Shown here piece after piece: positions 22,282 to 32,946 of a DNA stretch of 64,000 bases. A program made the position numbers and the translations under genes. Position 1 is the first letter of the stretch. Each line of letters starts with the position of its first letter. The notes under the pieces were generated by a model. That model was given only the letters and a program-made list of their open reading frames with translations. It ran no database searches and was not told where the DNA came from. This stretch comes from Candidatus Pelagibacterales bacterium (GTDB lineage: Bacteria; Pseudomonadota; Alphaproteobacteria; Pelagibacterales; Pelagibacteraceae): positions 524,625 to 588,624 of the forward strand of contig OZ251766.1 in assembly GCA_965244885.1 (NCBI GenBank), given 5' to 3'.

Positions 22282-22737
22282 ATGACTGAATTTATTAAAA
22301 AGAAAGAAGTTAAAAAAAACTGGTTTAAGATTGATGCAACAAATTTAATTGTTGGCAGATTAGCTTCTGAGATAACTAAAATTTTAAGAGGAAAGAAAAA
22401 AACTAGCTTCACTCCAAATATGGATGATGGAGATTTTGTGATTGTAACTAACGCTAGAAAAATAAAATTTACTGGAAAAAAGTTTTCTAATAAAATCTAT
22501 TATAAACATACTGGCTATCCAGGCGGAATTAAAGAAACTACACCGAATAAAATTCTTCAAAAAGATCCTTCTAGAATTATTAAATTAGCTGTTAAAAGAA
22601 TGTTACCAAGAGGTCCGTTAGGTAGAAAACAACTTGGAAATTTAAAAGTTTATAATGATGACAAACATCCTCATGAAACTCAAAAGGCTGTAGATTTTGA
22701 TTTTAAATCTATAAATAAAAAAAATTATTTAAATTAA
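22282..22737 (+). CDS. rplM: 50S ribosomal protein L13
   Basis: GRLAS, HTGYPGG, MLP, HPH. Confidence 0.98.
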   Translation: MTEFIKKKEVKKNWFKIDATNLIVGRLASEITKILRGKKKTSFTPNMDDGDFVIVTNARKIKFTGKKFSNKIYYKHTGYPGGIKETTPNKILQKDPSRIIKLAVKRMLPRGPLGRKQLGNLKVYNDDKHPHETQKAVDFDFKSINKKNYLN

Positions 22738-22741
22738 TTAT

Positions 22742-23152
22742 ATGGTTCAGAGTTTAGCTGTTTCAAACGATAGATTTTACGCAACTGGAAAAAGAAAAAG
22801 TTCTATAGCTAGAGTTTGGTTAAAAGTTGGTTCTGGAAGTATTTTAGTAAATGGAAAAAAATATAATGAATATTTTAAACGTCCAGTTCTACAACTGAGC
22901 ATTGAGAAGCCATTTAATGTTATTAATAAGAATAATGGTTATGATGTTAAGTGCACTGTTAAAGGCGGCGGTTTAACCGGACAGGCTGGAGCAGTGTCAT
23001 TAGGTATATCTAAGGCTTTGTATGTTTTAGATGGAACATTAAGAAAAACATTAAAAAAAGAAAAGTTATTAACAAGGGATTCAAGAAAAGTTGAAAGAAA
23101 AAAATACGGACAGAAAAAAGCCAGAAGAAGATTTCAGTTTTCTAAACGTTAA
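22742..23152 (+). CDS. rpsI: 30S ribosomal protein S9
   Basis: [28 protein letters not shown]. Confidence 0.98.
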   Translation: MVQSLAVSNDRFYATGKRKSSIARVWLKVGSGSILVNGKKYNEYFKRPVLQLSIEKPFNVINKNNGYDVKCTVKGGGLTGQAGAVSLGISKALYVLDGTLRKTLKKEKLLTRDSRKVERKKYGQKKARRRFQFSKR

Positions 23153-23209
23153 TCTGCTTAGACTAATTTTAGTCTTTAAGTCATTTACAACTTCTTATAA
23201 ATACAGATC

Positions 23210-24241
23210 ATGTCAAACAAATATAACGTTTTAATTAATGGAGCCTCAGGTTTTGTTGGCTTGGAACTTATTAAAATATTAAGTAATCATAATTTCATTA
23301 ATTTTAAATACTTATGCTCAAGAGGATCTATTGGAAAAGCTATTAATTCTTTTTTAAAAAATAAAATTAAAAAAAAATTACCTTTAATATCTGACATTAA
23401 TAAAGCCGATTTAAGCGATGTCGATATAATATTTTCAGCATTACCCCACGGAGAAGCGCAATTATTATCTAATAAAATTTCTCCTCACCATATTTTAATT
23501 GATTTATCCGCTGATTTTAGATTCTCAGATGTTAAGGTTTATGAAAAATGGTACGGACTAAAACATTATGCTCCTGATAATCAAAAACATTCTGTTTATG
23601 GACTTTCTGAATTTGCAAGAAAAGATATTGAAAAGAGTAATATAATTTCCTGTCCGGGATGTTATCCAACATCATCTCAATTAGCGCTTATTCCTTTGTT
23701 GCTAAATAAAACAATAAAAACTTCAAAAATAATAATAGATTCTAAGTCAGGTTATTCAGGAGCTGGAAAGAAAACTGCTGATAAAAAACTTTATCCTAAT
23801 ATTAATAAAAATATCGCTGTTTACGGTGTGGGTCACCACAGACATATGCCTGAAATAGACCAGGGTTTAAAATTGTTTGCAAAAGTTTCTGGCGATTTAA
23901 AAATTGAATTTACTCCTCATTTAATTCCAACTTTTAGAGGAATATTAACAACAATATACGCTGATCTTAAAAAGAATATTAGCGTGAAAAAAGTTCATCA
24001 ATATTTGAGTAAATTTTATAAAAAAAGTAATTTTGTTAAAATTTTACCCTATGGAAAATTTGTTAATACAAATAACGTTAATAATACTAATAATTGTAAT
24101 ATTAACGTTTTCTCTGGAAGATATAAAAATCAATTAATTATTGTAAGTTCGATTGATAATTTAGTTAAAGGAGCTGCAGGACAGGCAGTTCAAAATATGA
24201 ATATAAGATTAGGTTTGAAGGAAACTGCAGGATTAGAATAA
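23210..24241 (+). CDS. argC: N-acetyl-gamma-glutamyl-phosphate reductase
   Basis: GASGFVG, DLSADFR, PGCYPT, HRHMPEI, DNLVKGAAGQA. Confidence 0.96.
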   Translation: MSNKYNVLINGASGFVGLELIKILSNHNFINFKYLCSRGSIGKAINSFLKNKIKKKLPLISDINKADLSDVDIIFSALPHGEAQLLSNKISPHHILIDLSADFRFSDVKVYEKWYGLKHYAPDNQKHSVYGLSEFARKDIEKSNIISCPGCYPTSSQLALIPLLLNKTIKTSKIIIDSKSGYSGAGKKTADKKLYPNINKNIAVYGVGHHRHMPEIDQGLKLFAKVSGDLKIEFTPHLIPTFRGILTTIYADLKKNISVKKVHQYLSKFYKKSNFVKILPYGKFVNTNNVNNTNNCNINVFSGRYKNQLIIVSSIDNLVKGAAGQAVQNMNIRLGLKETAGLE

Positions 24242-25548
24242 TGAATTTTAAAGATAATTATAATATTGCAATCGTCGGCTTGGGCAACATTGGCTCAGAA
24301 GTTTACAAACATTTGGTTAAGAATAAACGTATTATTGAAAAAAATACAAACTCGACTTTTCAAATAAAATATATTTCAGCAAAAAAGATTAGTAAAAAAA
24401 GAGGATTTAGCGTTCCAAAAAAAATGTGGGTTAAAAATCCTTTGTCATTAGTTAAAAAAGATGATGTCGACATTATTATTGAGTTAATAGGCGGACCTGA
24501 TGGAGTTGCAAAAAAATTAGCCTTTACTGCATTACAAAATAACAAACATTTAGTTACAGCAAATAAAGCCTTAATATTTAAGCATGGGAATGAACTTGCA
24601 AAAATTGCTGAAAAGAATTCAGTTAATCTACTATTTGAAGCCTCAGTAGGTGGAGGAATACCGATTATTAAATCTATAAAAGAAAGCTTAGTGGGTAATA
24701 AATTATTTCACATTTATGGCATATTAAATGGAACGACAAATTTTATTTTAACTGAAATAGAAAGAACTAAAAAAAACTTTAAAGAGATTTTATCAAATGC
24801 TCAAAAACTTGGTTACGCTGAAACTAATCCAAAACTTGATCTTAATGGAGACGATGTTAAATCTAAAATATCCATATTAAGTGCACTTTGTTTTAAAACT
24901 AAAATAATTAATAAGAGTTTTTTAACAGAAGGAATAGAACAGATTGATTTAGAAGATGTTGAGTATGCGAATAAGTTTAAATACAAGATTAAACTATTAG
25001 GAATTTCTGAAATCATCGATAATAAAGTTAAACAAAGAGTTCATCCTTGTTTAATTTCAAAAGATTCTGATCTTGCCAAGATCAATGGAGCAAATAATGC
25101 AATTATGGTTGAAGGAAATCCAGTTGGCAAAATAGTTTATCAAGGACTAGGCGCTGGAAAAGGACCAACTACTTCTTCTGTTGTTTCGGATTTAAATTCA
25201 ATTCTTAAAGGAAATATAACTCTACCTTTTGGTTTTAATTTCTCTGATGCAAAAGAGTTTAAAATGTTTGATTTTGACAATCATATTTGTAAGTTTTACT
25301 TAAGAATCGTTGTGAAAGATAAGCCAGGAGTTTTATCTAAAATTACTTCTATTTTATCTAAATTTAAGATTTCAATTCAAAGTATATTACAGCAGCCCTT
25401 AAGTAATCCTCAGTATGCTAATTTAGTTATTATCAGTCATAACGCTAAAGAAAAGGATATGAAATTAGCTTTAAAGAAAATTTCAAAAGAAAAATTTATT
25501 AGCAAAAAAATCACAATGATCAGAATTAGAAATGAAAAAAAATTATGA
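24241..25548 (+). CDS. hom: Homoserine dehydrogenase
   Basis: GLGNIG, VTANKA, FEASVGGGIP, NGTTNFIL, C-terminal ACT domain. Confidence 0.96.
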   Translation: MNFKDNYNIAIVGLGNIGSEVYKHLVKNKRIIEKNTNSTFQIKYISAKKISKKRGFSVPKKMWVKNPLSLVKKDDVDIIIELIGGPDGVAKKLAFTALQNNKHLVTANKALIFKHGNELAKIAEKNSVNLLFEASVGGGIPIIKSIKESLVGNKLFHIYGILNGTTNFILTEIERTKKNFKEILSNAQKLGYAETNPKLDLNGDDVKSKISILSALCFKTKIINKSFLTEGIEQIDLEDVEYANKFKYKIKLLGISEIIDNKVKQRVHPCLISKDSDLAKINGANNAIMVEGNPVGKIVYQGLGAGKGPTTSSVVSDLNSILKGNITLPFGFNFSDAKEFKMFDFDNHICKFYLRIVVKDKPGVLSKITSILSKFKISIQSILQQPLSNPQYANLVIISHNAKEKDMKLALKKISKEKFISKKITMIRIRNEKKL

Positions 25549-26492
25549 TTATCAGCAATGGGTTTGTAGATTTATTTGTAAAAACCACTAGCGAAGCTGC
25601 GTACGCGTCATCATTATTAAAAGGCAAAGGCGATAAAATAGCCGCTGATCAAGCAGCAGTAGATAAGATGAGATTATTTCTTAATAATATTCCAATGAAA
25701 GGAAAAATTGTCATCGGGGAAGGCGAGATGGATGAGGCACCGATGCTTTATATTAATGAATTAGTTGGAACAGGAAATGGGGAAGAATTGGATATAGCAG
25801 TTGATCCCTTAGAAGGTACAAATTTAACTGCAAAAAATTTACCAAATGCAATGTCAGTCCTTGCAGTATCCAAGAAAGATAATCTGTTGCATGCACCTGA
25901 CACTTACATGGAGAAAATAGCTGTTGGAAAAAATATTAAAGAAGGGGTTGTTGATCTTGATTTTGGTATTGCCAAAAATCTTAAAAATTTAGCTGATTTT
26001 AAAAATACAACACCAGATAAATTAACAATATGTCTTTTAGAAAGAGAGCGACACGATCATATAGTTAAAGATGCAAAACAACTTGGAACTAAAATTAAAT
26101 TTATTTCCGATGGGGATGTAGCTGGCGCTATTTATGCAGGTATTGAAGAATTTAATGTTGATATATATTTAGGTATAGGAGGAGCTCCAGAAGGTGTTCT
26201 TGCTGCCGCTGCGATTAAATGTTTAGGGGGTCAATTTCAAGCAAGATTAGTTCTAAGTAATGATCATGAAATTGATAAGGCTAAAAAAATGGGAATAAAG
26301 GATTTAAAAAAAAAATATTATATTAATGACATAGTTAAAGAGGATGTTTTATTTTGTGCAACCGGAGTAACAGGGGGTGATTTGCTTCAAGGTATTAAGA
26401 TTTTAGATAATGGTTTTTATCAATCAGAAACCTTTGTTTTGCATCACGCATCTAATCTTAATAAAAAAATTATTAATAAATTTAAAATATGA
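25545..26492 (+). CDS. glpX: Fructose-1,6-bisphosphatase class II
   Basis: IGEGEMDEAPML, DPLEGT, APDTYM, GGAPEGV. Confidence 0.96.
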   Translation: MIISNGFVDLFVKTTSEAAYASSLLKGKGDKIAADQAAVDKMRLFLNNIPMKGKIVIGEGEMDEAPMLYINELVGTGNGEELDIAVDPLEGTNLTAKNLPNAMSVLAVSKKDNLLHAPDTYMEKIAVGKNIKEGVVDLDFGIAKNLKNLADFKNTTPDKLTICLLERERHDHIVKDAKQLGTKIKFISDGDVAGAIYAGIEEFNVDIYLGIGGAPEGVLAAAAIKCLGGQFQARLVLSNDHEIDKAKKMGIKDLKKKYYINDIVKEDVLFCATGVTGGDLLQGIKILDNGFYQSETFVLHHASNLNKKIINKFKI

Positions 26493-28240
26493 AGTACCAG
26501 TCCATCACTGGTAAAGAATGGATTTTATCCAAGTACAACGAAAATTTATCGTTAGAAATTTCTCAAAAATTAGGAATTGATAATTTTTTATCAAAACTTT
26601 TATCTATAAGGAAAATTACCCCTGAGAATTGTCAGTCATATTTAAGTCCAAAGATTAAAGAATTTATGCCAAATCCAAGTGTCTTAAAGGACATGGATCT
26701 TGCGGTTGATACTCTTATTAAAGCGATAAAAGAAAATAAAAGAATTTGTATTTTAGGCGACTATGATGTGGATGGAGCATCATCCACTGCAATTATTGTT
26801 AATTTTTTAAAAAATATATACTCAAATTTTTTTATTTATATTCCAGATCGACAAGTCGATGGTTATGGACCCTCAGTAAATTCACTAAAAAACATAATTG
26901 AGAAAAAAGGTGAATTCTTAATAACTGTTGATTGTGGAACTTCATCATTTGAAGCTCTTGAGTATGCTAATCAAAATAATATTGATGTTTTGGTTATTGA
27001 TCATCATCAAGCAGAAATTAAACTCCCTAAATGCAAAGCCTTAGTAAATCCAAATCAATTGGATGATAAATCAAATCTTGGCTATTTATGTGCTGCCGGA
27101 GTTTCTTTTTTATTTATTGTTGCGTTAAATCGCTCTCTTCGAGAAAGTAATTTCTATAAAGATAAAAAAATTAATGAGCCAGATTTATATGATTATTTAG
27201 ATTTAGTTGCTTTGGGCACAATTTGTGACGTGGTTCCATTAATAGATTTAAACAGAGCATTTGTTTATCAAGGAATACAAATATTAAAGAAGAGAAAAAA
27301 CTTAGGTATTAAAACTTTAATTGATGTTGCTGATATAAAAGAAAGCCCAAATACTTATCATATTGGTTTTTTACTAGGACCTAGGATTAATGCCGGTGGA
27401 AGAATAGGTCAATCTGATCTTGGTGCAAATTTACTCACATCAGAAGACCCAAAGAAAAGTTACGAAATAGCAACAACACTTGATTCTTTAAATAAAAAAA
27501 GAAAAACAATAGAAGAAGATATTTTAAATGAGGCTTATTTATTAGCAGAAAAAGAAAACAGTAATGAAATAATATTGGTAGCTAATAAGTTTTGGCATGA
27601 AGGGTTGATTGGTATTATTGCAAGTAGAATTAAAGAAAGATTTCTTAAACCCACCATAGTTATTTCATCTACTAATAATATTGCTAAAGGCTCATGTAGA
27701 TCTATTTTTGGATTTGATATTGGCCTTGCCATCTTAGCCGCTAAACAAAATGGAATTGTTATAAAAGGAGGGGGTCATAAAATGGCTGCTGGCTTTAGTA
27801 TTGAAGAAAATAATATTAGTGATCTAAAGAGTTTTTTAATATCTAAATTTAAATCATCAAAACTAAATTTTGTTCAAAATAATTTTATAGAGATCGATGG
27901 TATTTTATCAGCCAATGCTGTTAATGAAAAAACCTATGAAGAAGTAAGTAAATTAGGACCTTTTGGATCAGGAAATTTAGAACCAAAATTTATTGTTGAA
28001 GACTTATCAATGACTAAAATAAATTTTGAAAATGATTTTTTACTAAAAGTTTTATTTAAAAATAGCAGTGGTCTTTACTTACAGGGAATTTGTTTTAAAA
28101 ATAATAAAGAAAAAGTAATTGATTATCTTAAAAATTTTAAAAATCATAAATTTCATCTAGCTGGAAAACTTAGTTGCAATGATTGGAACAAACAAAGAGT
28201 TATCGAATTTATTATTGAAGATATTTCTTTAACTCACTAA
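26489..28240 (+). CDS. recJ: ssDNA exonuclease RecJ
   Basis: GDYDVDG, DCG, DHH, GPRINAGGR, GGGHKMAAG. Confidence 0.96.
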   Translation: MKYQSITGKEWILSKYNENLSLEISQKLGIDNFLSKLLSIRKITPENCQSYLSPKIKEFMPNPSVLKDMDLAVDTLIKAIKENKRICILGDYDVDGASSTAIIVNFLKNIYSNFFIYIPDRQVDGYGPSVNSLKNIIEKKGEFLITVDCGTSSFEALEYANQNNIDVLVIDHHQAEIKLPKCKALVNPNQLDDKSNLGYLCAAGVSFLFIVALNRSLRESNFYKDKKINEPDLYDYLDLVALGTICDVVPLIDLNRAFVYQGIQILKKRKNLGIKTLIDVADIKESPNTYHIGFLLGPRINAGGRIGQSDLGANLLTSEDPKKSYEIATTLDSLNKKRKTIEEDILNEAYLLAEKENSNEIILVANKFWHEGLIGIIASRIKERFLKPTIVISSTNNIAKGSCRSIFGFDIGLAILAAKQNGIVIKGGGHKMAAGFSIEENNISDLKSFLISKFKSSKLNFVQNNFIEIDGILSANAVNEKTYEEVSKLGPFGSGNLEPKFIVEDLSMTKINFENDFLLKVLFKNSSGLYLQGICFKNNKEKVIDYLKNFKNHKFHLAGKLSCNDWNKQRVIEFIIEDISLTH

Positions 28241-28318
28241 CAAATATAGAGATAAATATACTTAATTATATAATTGTTGATTATTATTATTAAACAATCT
28301 AAATAACTTTACTTTCAA

Positions 28319-28393
28319 GGTCCCTTCGTCTATCGGTTAGGACACGTGGTTTTCATCCATGAAAGAGGGGTTCGATTCCCCTAGGGACCGCCA
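28319..28393 (+). tRNA. tRNA-Glu(TTC)
   Basis: Acceptor GGTCCCT/AGGGACC, anticodon arm CGTGG-TT-TTC-AT-CCATG, GTTCGATTC, encoded CCA. Confidence 0.96.
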
Positions 28394-28401
28394 AAACAAA
28401 T

Positions 28402-29235
28402 ATGAAATTTTTAAGAGTTGGAAATATAGGAGCTGAAAAGCCAGCCTTATTAGATAATAATATTATTCGAGATTTATCGTCAGTTATTAAAGATATTGAT
28501 CAAACAACAATAGGCGATAATTTAATTAACACTGTAAAAAAATTAGATATTTCAAAACTTCCACCGTTAGATAATAATTTAAGAATTGGAGCTTGCGTTT
28601 CTAATCCATCTAAATTTCTAGGTATTGGTTTAAATTTTCTTGATCATGCATTGGAGCAAAATTTAGAAATACCAAAAGAGCCAATTATTTTTACAAAAGC
28701 TACTACCTGTGTAAGTGGACCGAATGATGAAATACTTATTCCTAAAAATTCACAAAAAACAGATTGGGAAGTAGAAATTGCATTTGTGATCGGTAAAAAA
28801 GGAAATAATATTTCATTAGCTGATGCTGAAAGTTATATTTTTGGCTACTGTTTAGTATGCGATTTTAGCGAAAGAGATTGGCAAAAAAAAAGAAGTGGGC
28901 AATGGATTAAAGGGAAATCAGCCGATACGTTTGGACCGATAGGCCCTTACATCGTTACTAAAGATGAGATTAAAGATTTATATAATTTAAATATGAGCTT
29001 GGATGTTAATGGAAAAAGAATGCAAACAGGAAATACTTCGAAAATGATTCATAAAATGAATTTTTTAACCTCTTATGTAAGTGAATTTATGACGTTAATG
29101 CCAGGGGATATAATCACAACAGGAACTCCTCCAGGAGTAGGAGATAGCATGAAACCACCAACGTATTTAAAAAAAGGTGATACAGTCACACTGATGATTG
29201 ACCAATTAGGTAGTCAAAAACATTCAGTTAAATAA
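28402..29235 (+). CDS. Fumarylacetoacetate hydrolase family protein
   Basis: GLNF..HA.E, DWEVEI, DFSERDWQ, KSADTFGPIGP, TGTPPGVG. Confidence 0.93.
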   Translation: MKFLRVGNIGAEKPALLDNNIIRDLSSVIKDIDQTTIGDNLINTVKKLDISKLPPLDNNLRIGACVSNPSKFLGIGLNFLDHALEQNLEIPKEPIIFTKATTCVSGPNDEILIPKNSQKTDWEVEIAFVIGKKGNNISLADAESYIFGYCLVCDFSERDWQKKRSGQWIKGKSADTFGPIGPYIVTKDEIKDLYNLNMSLDVNGKRMQTGNTSKMIHKMNFLTSYVSEFMTLMPGDIITTGTPPGVGDSMKPPTYLKKGDTVTLMIDQLGSQKHSVK

Positions 29236-29236
29236 A

Positions 29237-29791
29237 TTAATTATTTATTAATTCTTCAATTTTTTTAACAACTTTTTCACTTTGCGGATTAGTTGTGGAG
29301 ATAAAAGTGTCGTTAATTTTCCCTTTTTTATCAATTAATATTTTATGAAAATTCCATTTAGGCTCCGCTGCGCTTCCGTAACTTTCTCTTGCCCATAAAT
29401 AAACGGGGTGAGCATTTTTTCCCTTAACAACTACTTTTTCCATAATTGGAAAATTTATATTGAAATTTGTCTCACAAAAATTCTTTATTTCAGCATTTGT
29501 GCCTGGTTCTTGATTTCCAAAATCATTTGAAGGTATGCCAATAATTACAAAATTTTTAGTTTTATATTTGTCCCATAAAGTTTGCAGATCTGAATATTGT
29601 TTAGTAAAGCCGCATTGACTTGCAACATTTACTAACAAAACTACTTTATTTTTGTGTTGTGAGAGTAAATATTTTTTTCCATCAACATCATTAAAATAAA
29701 ATTCATATAATGTTCGATTATCATTGGCGTTAACATTTTTACTAAAGAAAAACATGCTGATTATAATAAAATAAAAAATATTTTTTTTCAT
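29237..29791 (-). CDS. Glutathione peroxidase family protein with signal peptide
   Basis: VNVASQCGFT, PSNDFGNQEPG, KWNFHK. Confidence 0.94.
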   Translation of the reverse strand: MKKNIFYFIIISMFFFSKNVNANDNRTLYEFYFNDVDGKKYLLSQHKNKVVLLVNVASQCGFTKQYSDLQTLWDKYKTKNFVIIGIPSNDFGNQEPGTNAEIKNFCETNFNINFPIMEKVVVKGKNAHPVYLWARESYGSAAEPKWNFHKILIDKKGKINDTFISTTNPQSEKVVKKIEELINN

Positions 29792-29794
29792 TAC

Positions 29795-30187
29795 TTATTT
29801 TAATTTCATTAAAGCATTAAAAGGGACTAAGATACAGCCTTTTCTGTTAAAATAATTTTTCTTTAAAAGAAAATTAAATTTTCTCCATTTTCCGCTTAGA
29901 TTTATTTTTTTATTAAAAATAGAATTAATAAACAATTTTATAAAATTTATTGTGGTATTTAAATTTTTGTTTTTTACACAATCGGAAAAAATACTGCATG
30001 AAGCTTGGCAGATTAGACAAGATTCTGTTTTGTATGATATTTTTTTAATAATTTTTTTATTTACTTTCAGATATATTGTTACTTTATCACCGCAGGTATG
30101 ATTTTTAAAAATACATTTGTATGTAAAACTTTTAAGAGTTCCGTAATTTTTTAAAGCACCAACGTGTTTAAGTAGCAATGTATTCAT
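29795..30187 (-). CDS. SufU/IscU-like Fe-S scaffold protein
   Basis: N..CGD, CLICQAS, RKGC conserved cysteines. Confidence 0.8.
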   Translation of the reverse strand: MNTLLLKHVGALKNYGTLKSFTYKCIFKNHTCGDKVTIYLKVNKKIIKKISYKTESCLICQASCSIFSDCVKNKNLNTTINFIKLFINSIFNKKINLSGKWRKFNFLLKKNYFNRKGCILVPFNALMKLK

Positions 30188-30315
30188 GAATATTAATTTA
30201 AAAATATTATTTGAGTCACTTATTAAAAAAGTAAAGTATTACTAATGAATTTGAAAGATTTTTTAGCGAGTATTCCTTTTAAATAAATTAATTAAGTTGT
30301 ATAACAGCTCAGTTT

Positions 30316-30392
<77 letters not shown>

Positions 30393-30399
30393 TTAAATT

Positions 30400-30894
30400 A
30401 TGAAGAGAATTGGTTTATATCCTGGTACTTTTGATCCAATAACTTTTGGACATATTGATATTATAAAAAGAGCAGCAAGTATTGTTGATCATCTTTATAT
30501 TGGCACTCCATTAAGTAATAAGAAAAAAACAATCTTTTCAGCATCTGAAAGAGTTTCTTTAATTAAAAAAGTTGTTGCTACATTTCCTGAAAATATTAAG
30601 AAAAAAATTAAAGTAGTATCTTTTTTAGGCTTAACCACTAATTATTGTAAAAAAATTTCAGCCAATATTATTTTTAGAGGTTTAAGAGTGGCATCTGACT
30701 TTGAATATGAATTTCAGTTAGCTGGCATGAATAATAAATTAAATAAAAATCTTGAGACAGTCTTTTTAATGGCGGAAATAGAAAATCAAATTATTTCTTC
30801 AAATTTCGTTAAAGAAATTGCGTCTTTAAAAGGAGATTTGGTGCAATTTGTACCAAACATTGTTATTAAGGCTTTGAAAACTAAATTTAAATAA
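30400..30894 (+). CDS. coaD: Phosphopantetheine adenylyltransferase
   Basis: YPGTFDPITFGH, RGLR..SDFEYE, ISS. Confidence 0.97.
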   Translation: MKRIGLYPGTFDPITFGHIDIIKRAASIVDHLYIGTPLSNKKKTIFSASERVSLIKKVVATFPENIKKKIKVVSFLGLTTNYCKKISANIIFRGLRVASDFEYEFQLAGMNNKLNKNLETVFLMAEIENQIISSNFVKEIASLKGDLVQFVPNIVIKALKTKFK

Positions 30895-31457
30895 TGCTTA
30901 AAAAAATTTTTATATTTTTAACTTTATTTCTATTTTCTTTTTCAAGTAATATTAAATCTAAAGAAAGATCTATGATGATAATGAAATTAAAAAACGGTGA
31001 AGTTAAAATTGAACTTTTCGATGAGATTGCTCCTAATCACGTTAAAAGAATAAAAGCATTAGCAGATTCAGGAAAATATGATGGGGTTGCATTTCATAGA
31101 GTGATTGATGGCTTTATGGCGCAAACAGGGGATGTAAAATATGGAAATACAAAATTAGATTTTAATGCGCAAATGGTTGGAACGGGTGGATCAGAATTTC
31201 CAGATTTAAAAGCTGAATTTAATAATATTCCTCATCAACGAGGAGTTTTGTCTATGGCAAGATCGCAGAGTCCAGATAGTGCAAACAGTCAATTTTTCAT
31301 CTGTTTTGACTCCCATGCTCATCTAGATCGAAATTACACTGCCTTTGGTAGAGTTGTTAGCGGTATGGAATTTGTTGATAAATTAAAAAAAGGCGCTCCA
31401 GGATCAGGAGTTGTCGATAATCCAGATACAATTATCAGTCTACGATCATCAAAATAA
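30894..31457 (+). CDS. Cyclophilin-type peptidyl-prolyl isomerase with signal peptide
   Basis: FHRVIDGFMAQTGD, SMARS..PDSANSQFFI. Confidence 0.95.
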   Translation: MLKKIFIFLTLFLFSFSSNIKSKERSMMIMKLKNGEVKIELFDEIAPNHVKRIKALADSGKYDGVAFHRVIDGFMAQTGDVKYGNTKLDFNAQMVGTGGSEFPDLKAEFNNIPHQRGVLSMARSQSPDSANSQFFICFDSHAHLDRNYTAFGRVVSGMEFVDKLKKGAPGSGVVDNPDTIISLRSSK

Positions 31458-31466
31458 AAAGTAATA

Positions 31467-32582
31467 ATGAAATCAATTTCATTTAATTTATTAAATGAAA
31501 GTCATGGTGCTCGTTTAGGAAAAATTACCACTCCTAGAGGAGATATTGATACACCAGCTTTTATGCCTGTAGGAACTGCAGCGACGGTCAAAGCGATGTA
31601 TATTGATCAGGTTAAAGGCTGCGGATCTCAAATCATTTTAGGAAATACCTATCACTTAATGTTAAGGCCTGGTGTTGAAAGAGTAAAACAAGCAGGAGGA
31701 CTTCATAACTTTATGAATTGTCCAATGCCTATACTAACTGATTCTGGTGGTTTTCAGGTGATGTCTTTATCTAAGATATCTAAGGTTTCAGAGGATGGGG
31801 TTGAATTTAATTCTCATATAGATGGCAAGAAATTTTTCTTAACGCCTGAGGAAAGTATCCAAATTCAATTAGATTTAAATTCAGACATCGTTATGGTCTT
31901 TGATGAATGTCCTAAATATTCAGCAGAAAAAGATAAAATAAAAAAATCTATGGATTTGTCCCTTAGATGGGCTGAGAGATGCAAAAAGAAATTCGGAACT
32001 CAAGAATCTAAATGGTTATTTGGAATAACGCAGGGTGGAATTTTTCCAGATCTTCGAAAAGAATGCTTAAAAAAATTAATAGATATTGGTTTTGATGGAT
32101 ATGCATTAGGAGGCCTGGCAGTTGGTGAAAATCAGTCTGAAATGTTCGATGCTGTTGATGCGGTTAAAGATATTCTACCTAAAGATAAACCTCATTATTT
32201 AATGGGTGTTGGTATGCCTCAGGACATTTTAGGAGCGGTTAAAAGAGGGATAGATATGTTTGATTGCGTATTGCCAACTCGATCAGGAAGGACAGGGCTT
32301 GCATTCACTTGGAATGGAAAAGTAAATATTAGAAACGCCAAATACGCAAAAGACGAAGACCCTTTAGATAAATCAATAGATTGTCCTGCTTCAAATTCTT
32401 ATTCTAAAAATTATTTAAATCATTTAGTAAACTCAAATGAGATACTTGGATCGATGCTTCTTACTTGGCACAATATTGCCTTTTATCAGGACTTAATGAA
32501 GAAAATTAGACAGGCAATAAAAGAAAATAAATTTGAAGAATTCTATAAAAAACACTTCGAATTGTTTAATGAGGCAAATTAA
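31467..32582 (+). CDS. tgt: Queuine tRNA-ribosyltransferase
   Basis: TPAFMPVGT, NTYHL, TDSGGFQV, GGLAVGE, DMFDCV. Confidence 0.97.
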   Translation: MKSISFNLLNESHGARLGKITTPRGDIDTPAFMPVGTAATVKAMYIDQVKGCGSQIILGNTYHLMLRPGVERVKQAGGLHNFMNCPMPILTDSGGFQVMSLSKISKVSEDGVEFNSHIDGKKFFLTPEESIQIQLDLNSDIVMVFDECPKYSAEKDKIKKSMDLSLRWAERCKKKFGTQESKWLFGITQGGIFPDLRKECLKKLIDIGFDGYALGGLAVGENQSEMFDAVDAVKDILPKDKPHYLMGVGMPQDILGAVKRGIDMFDCVLPTRSGRTGLAFTWNGKVNIRNAKYAKDEDPLDKSIDCPASNSYSKNYLNHLVNSNEILGSMLLTWHNIAFYQDLMKKIRQAIKENKFEEFYKKHFELFNEAN

Positions 32583-32629
32583 AAATTGCTTTCAGATGCA
32601 GTTTAAACTATATAAAACCTTGCATTAAT

Positions 32630-32705
<76 letters not shown>

Positions 32706-32706
32706 T

Positions 32707-32922
32707 TTATTGTAATATAAATACCAAAGACCAAATCGCACAAAAAATAGTAAATACTATTAATAATTTAAAGTTAGAGTTATCTTTTTTATTATATTCA
32801 AAATATCTCACTATTAGACTATTTTTATTAAGCAAATTTATTTTTTTTAATATTGTTATAATAAAGAAAGATATGAAAATTGAAAAAATTGAAAAATATA
32901 TAATCCAGAAGACGTTCTTCAT
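32707..32922 (-). CDS. Small hypothetical membrane protein (two TM segments)
   Basis: ATG-start ORF filling the gap after the M48 gene; two hydrophobic stretches. Confidence 0.5.
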   Translation of the reverse strand: MKNVFWIIYFSIFSIFISFFIITILKKINLLNKNSLIVRYFEYNKKDNSNFKLLIVFTIFCAIWSLVFILQ

Positions 32923-32946
32923 ATTTACTTATTAAAATTTAAAAAA

